Shown here: positions 21,822 to 23,879 of the stretch, piece by piece | How positions within the stretch are numbered: the stretch's first letter is position 1 | Layout of the letters: every line of letters begins with the position of its first letter | NCBI RefSeq assembly: GCF_000143415.4 | Contig: NW_003314469.1 | Coordinates: forward strand, 43,619 to 67,497 | DNA length: 23,879 bases | Source of the DNA: Selaginella moellendorffii | Lineage: Eukaryota; Plantae; Lycopodiophyta | Direction: 5' to 3' | The notes under the pieces: generated by a model | What the model was told of the DNA's origin: nothing | Seen by the model: only the letters and a program-made list of their open reading frames with translations | Database searches by the model: none | Program-made: the position numbers and the translations under genes

Positions 21822-23879
21822 CTAGCAAAAGTCCCAGCTACGCTGGGAGCATTGTCTTTATTTTGGATATTTTAATAATTTCAAAGAGTTGTAAGTGTAA
21901 TTGTAATTTTAACATAATCATAATTATAAGATATATAGTTAAACATAACATAATCTTTATATTAAAAATCTCTTCTACAATTGATTCTATCACCAACACA
22001 CATCATAACATAAAAAATATAACTCAGTACATTGTATCATATTTAAAATTCTGATTGTTGAGTGAAGTCTTGGATATTCGATAAATGGAATTTCTCGATG
22101 AGTCATTTGTTTAATAACTAATTTTTTCTTTTATTTGAAATCTCTATATAATTGATAAAATATTATTATTTGATGATTTATTAAACTCTATAATTTTTCC
22201 TCCTAATAAAGTATGTGTTACTTAACTACACTCAAATATAATTATGTTAAAAATATGTTTATTATATATTTAAAAACTCAGCTAAAGTGTATACATATTT
22301 TAAATTAAAAAAATATAAACATTATTATGGAGTTTCTCTTTTCATCATTTCAGACTGAAAGTTTTGGAATTGCATGATAATAAGTGAAAGATGTTAGCTT
22401 TATGTGTTATATTTTCTTTTATAAAATTATAATATTTTACATATTTATCATTGATATTCCATTTTTACCTAATATTTATATTCATGCATTTTGAGAGTAA
22501 TATTTAAAATAGAGAGTATTCTATTATATATCATAAACATTATTTCTGTAGTTATTTTTATAAATCTGAAATAAGATTATTATCTCCCTATATTCTTGTA
22601 TTTATATTTAAAATTAAGGCTTTATAACACTGTTATGAATGCTGAAATTTTATGATGATAAATGAATGGTAATGTTTTACTCTATACTGGGGTAGAGGAG
22701 GGTTTGATGATATATAAACTTTTCTTTATGCTAGAACTATAATATATCAAAAAATTCATGAATGGTAGGTTTGATATAATATAATTAAATTTATTTATAT
22801 GGTCCATGTACTAATGTTGTCTCAATCATATTTATACCTTATTAAGTTTTTCATGTATAAATGCAATGTAGGATAAAGTGGTAGAAAATTTATGATATTA
22901 TATAAATCTTTGGCTACATCTTAGCCAATTGACATCTCAATATGTTTAATTTCATTTATATTTATATTAATAAATAACATAAGATTACTAATAAGAAAAT
23001 ATTTTAATAATAAGAGATAAATAATAAGAGGTAGGTAGTGCTAGGAATTGCAAGAGTGAGAGGAGGGTTGTCATGGTCAGGAGCAAATCAACACCAAGAA
23101 AGCTAGGGTGAAGATCAGGTGTGGCTTTCCTTTGCAGTTAATAGAGTACGAATTGATCCATGAAGAATTGGATGAAGAATTGCTGTAGATTAGACTTTAT
23201 AGAATAAAAGTAATATTAGTCTATGGAAAAATTGTTATTAGTATTTGAAAAGACCAGTTTGACATAAAAGGATCAAAATCATCATGTTCCAACTGTCATG
23301 CATGCAAAGTGTTCCATCAAAGAAGCAACAGGCTGCTGAGGACTACCTTGTCCAACTCTTTGCAGCCATCAATTTATGTGCCCTTCATAGCAAAAGAGTC
23401 ACAATAAGTCAGTATTCAAATAACACACACAAAAAGATTATAGAATTTATCAGCCAGCTTGAAAATTATACATTTAGGCTGTCGGCTTAGAGGAACCTTG
23501 GAGCATTTCATTTGGTACTACATTTCTTTTTCTTGCAAGTTCACTTAGAGTTTACCATGCAGCTTATACTTATTGATTAGAATCCTCAATTTTTCTTAGA
23601 AAATTGCTGCTACTTTCAGGCATAAATCGCTGTTAATTTCAGGCATCCTCAACCACATATTTTTTGGGAAATTAAATTTAGTATCAGCACAAAATCTGAC
23701 CTGGAAAGAGATGTAATTAAAAGTAAAAGTAAAATAAACATACTTTTACTAATAAGAAAATATTTTACACAACAGATATTTAGATCTATTAACTCCTCTA
23801 TTTTAAGTTATAAAATATCATATTTTTATAGAAAATATTTTATTTATATTGTAATTTAGATATTTTATTTTTTATTTAT
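21822..23879 (-). mobile_element. 3' part of Helitron-like element E (continues beyond the window)
   Basis: CTAG at 21825-21822 and hairpin tcccagc-tac-gctggga (21832-21848). The AT-rich body is homologous to about 4648-5830. Confidence 0.75.
23073..23500 (+). pseudogene. CENH3: Histone H3-family fragment, most like centromeric CENH3
   Basis: MVRSKSTPRK at 23073; AG/GT-bounded exon 23332-23407 encoding AAEDYLVQLFAAINLCALHSKRVTI; then CRLRG near 23480. AAEDYLV and these intron positions fit plant CENH3 better than canonical H3 (AAEAYLV). The central histone fold is missing. Confidence 0.68.

Noticed and set aside
2682-21822. Simple rolling-circle concatemer or segmental tandem duplication
   Set aside because: Adjacent units differ in termini, length and cargo, and D interrupts a 5' end.
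1-23879. Autonomous Helitron or LTR retrotransposon
   Set aside because: No long ORF and no HUH/Y2 Rep, PIF1 helicase, RT or integrase motifs. The 450-bp direct repeats lack paired TG...CA ends and any evident PBS or PPT.

Overview
Plant nuclear DNA; the PLS-type PPR, very short GT-AG introns and gene content suggest a lycophyte such as Selaginella (inference). I see no intact gene. The window reads as a stack of non-autonomous Helitron-like elements, all on the minus strand and joined end to end. Four 3' ends (CCCAGC-nnn-GCTGGG-type hairpin plus CTAG/ATAG) sit at 2682, 10554, 15812 and 21822. Three of them abut a conserved 5' end (TC-A-(T/A)AC...TATTTAAA). One element (15812-21818) appears inserted at the A^T three bases into another element's 5' end. 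The units differ in cargo and carry intron-containing, disabled fragments resembling SGR2/DDHD phospholipase, the PICKLE/CHD3 C-terminus (3 copies), a kelch protein (2 copies), LAF3 amidohydrolase, a Ser/Thr kinase, a class-3 lipase, a PPR, a CYP88/KAO P450 and CENH3. The CENH3-like piece is flanked by an exact 22-bp direct repeat. No Rep/Helicase ORF is present. Family calls come from motif recognition only, without database searches.
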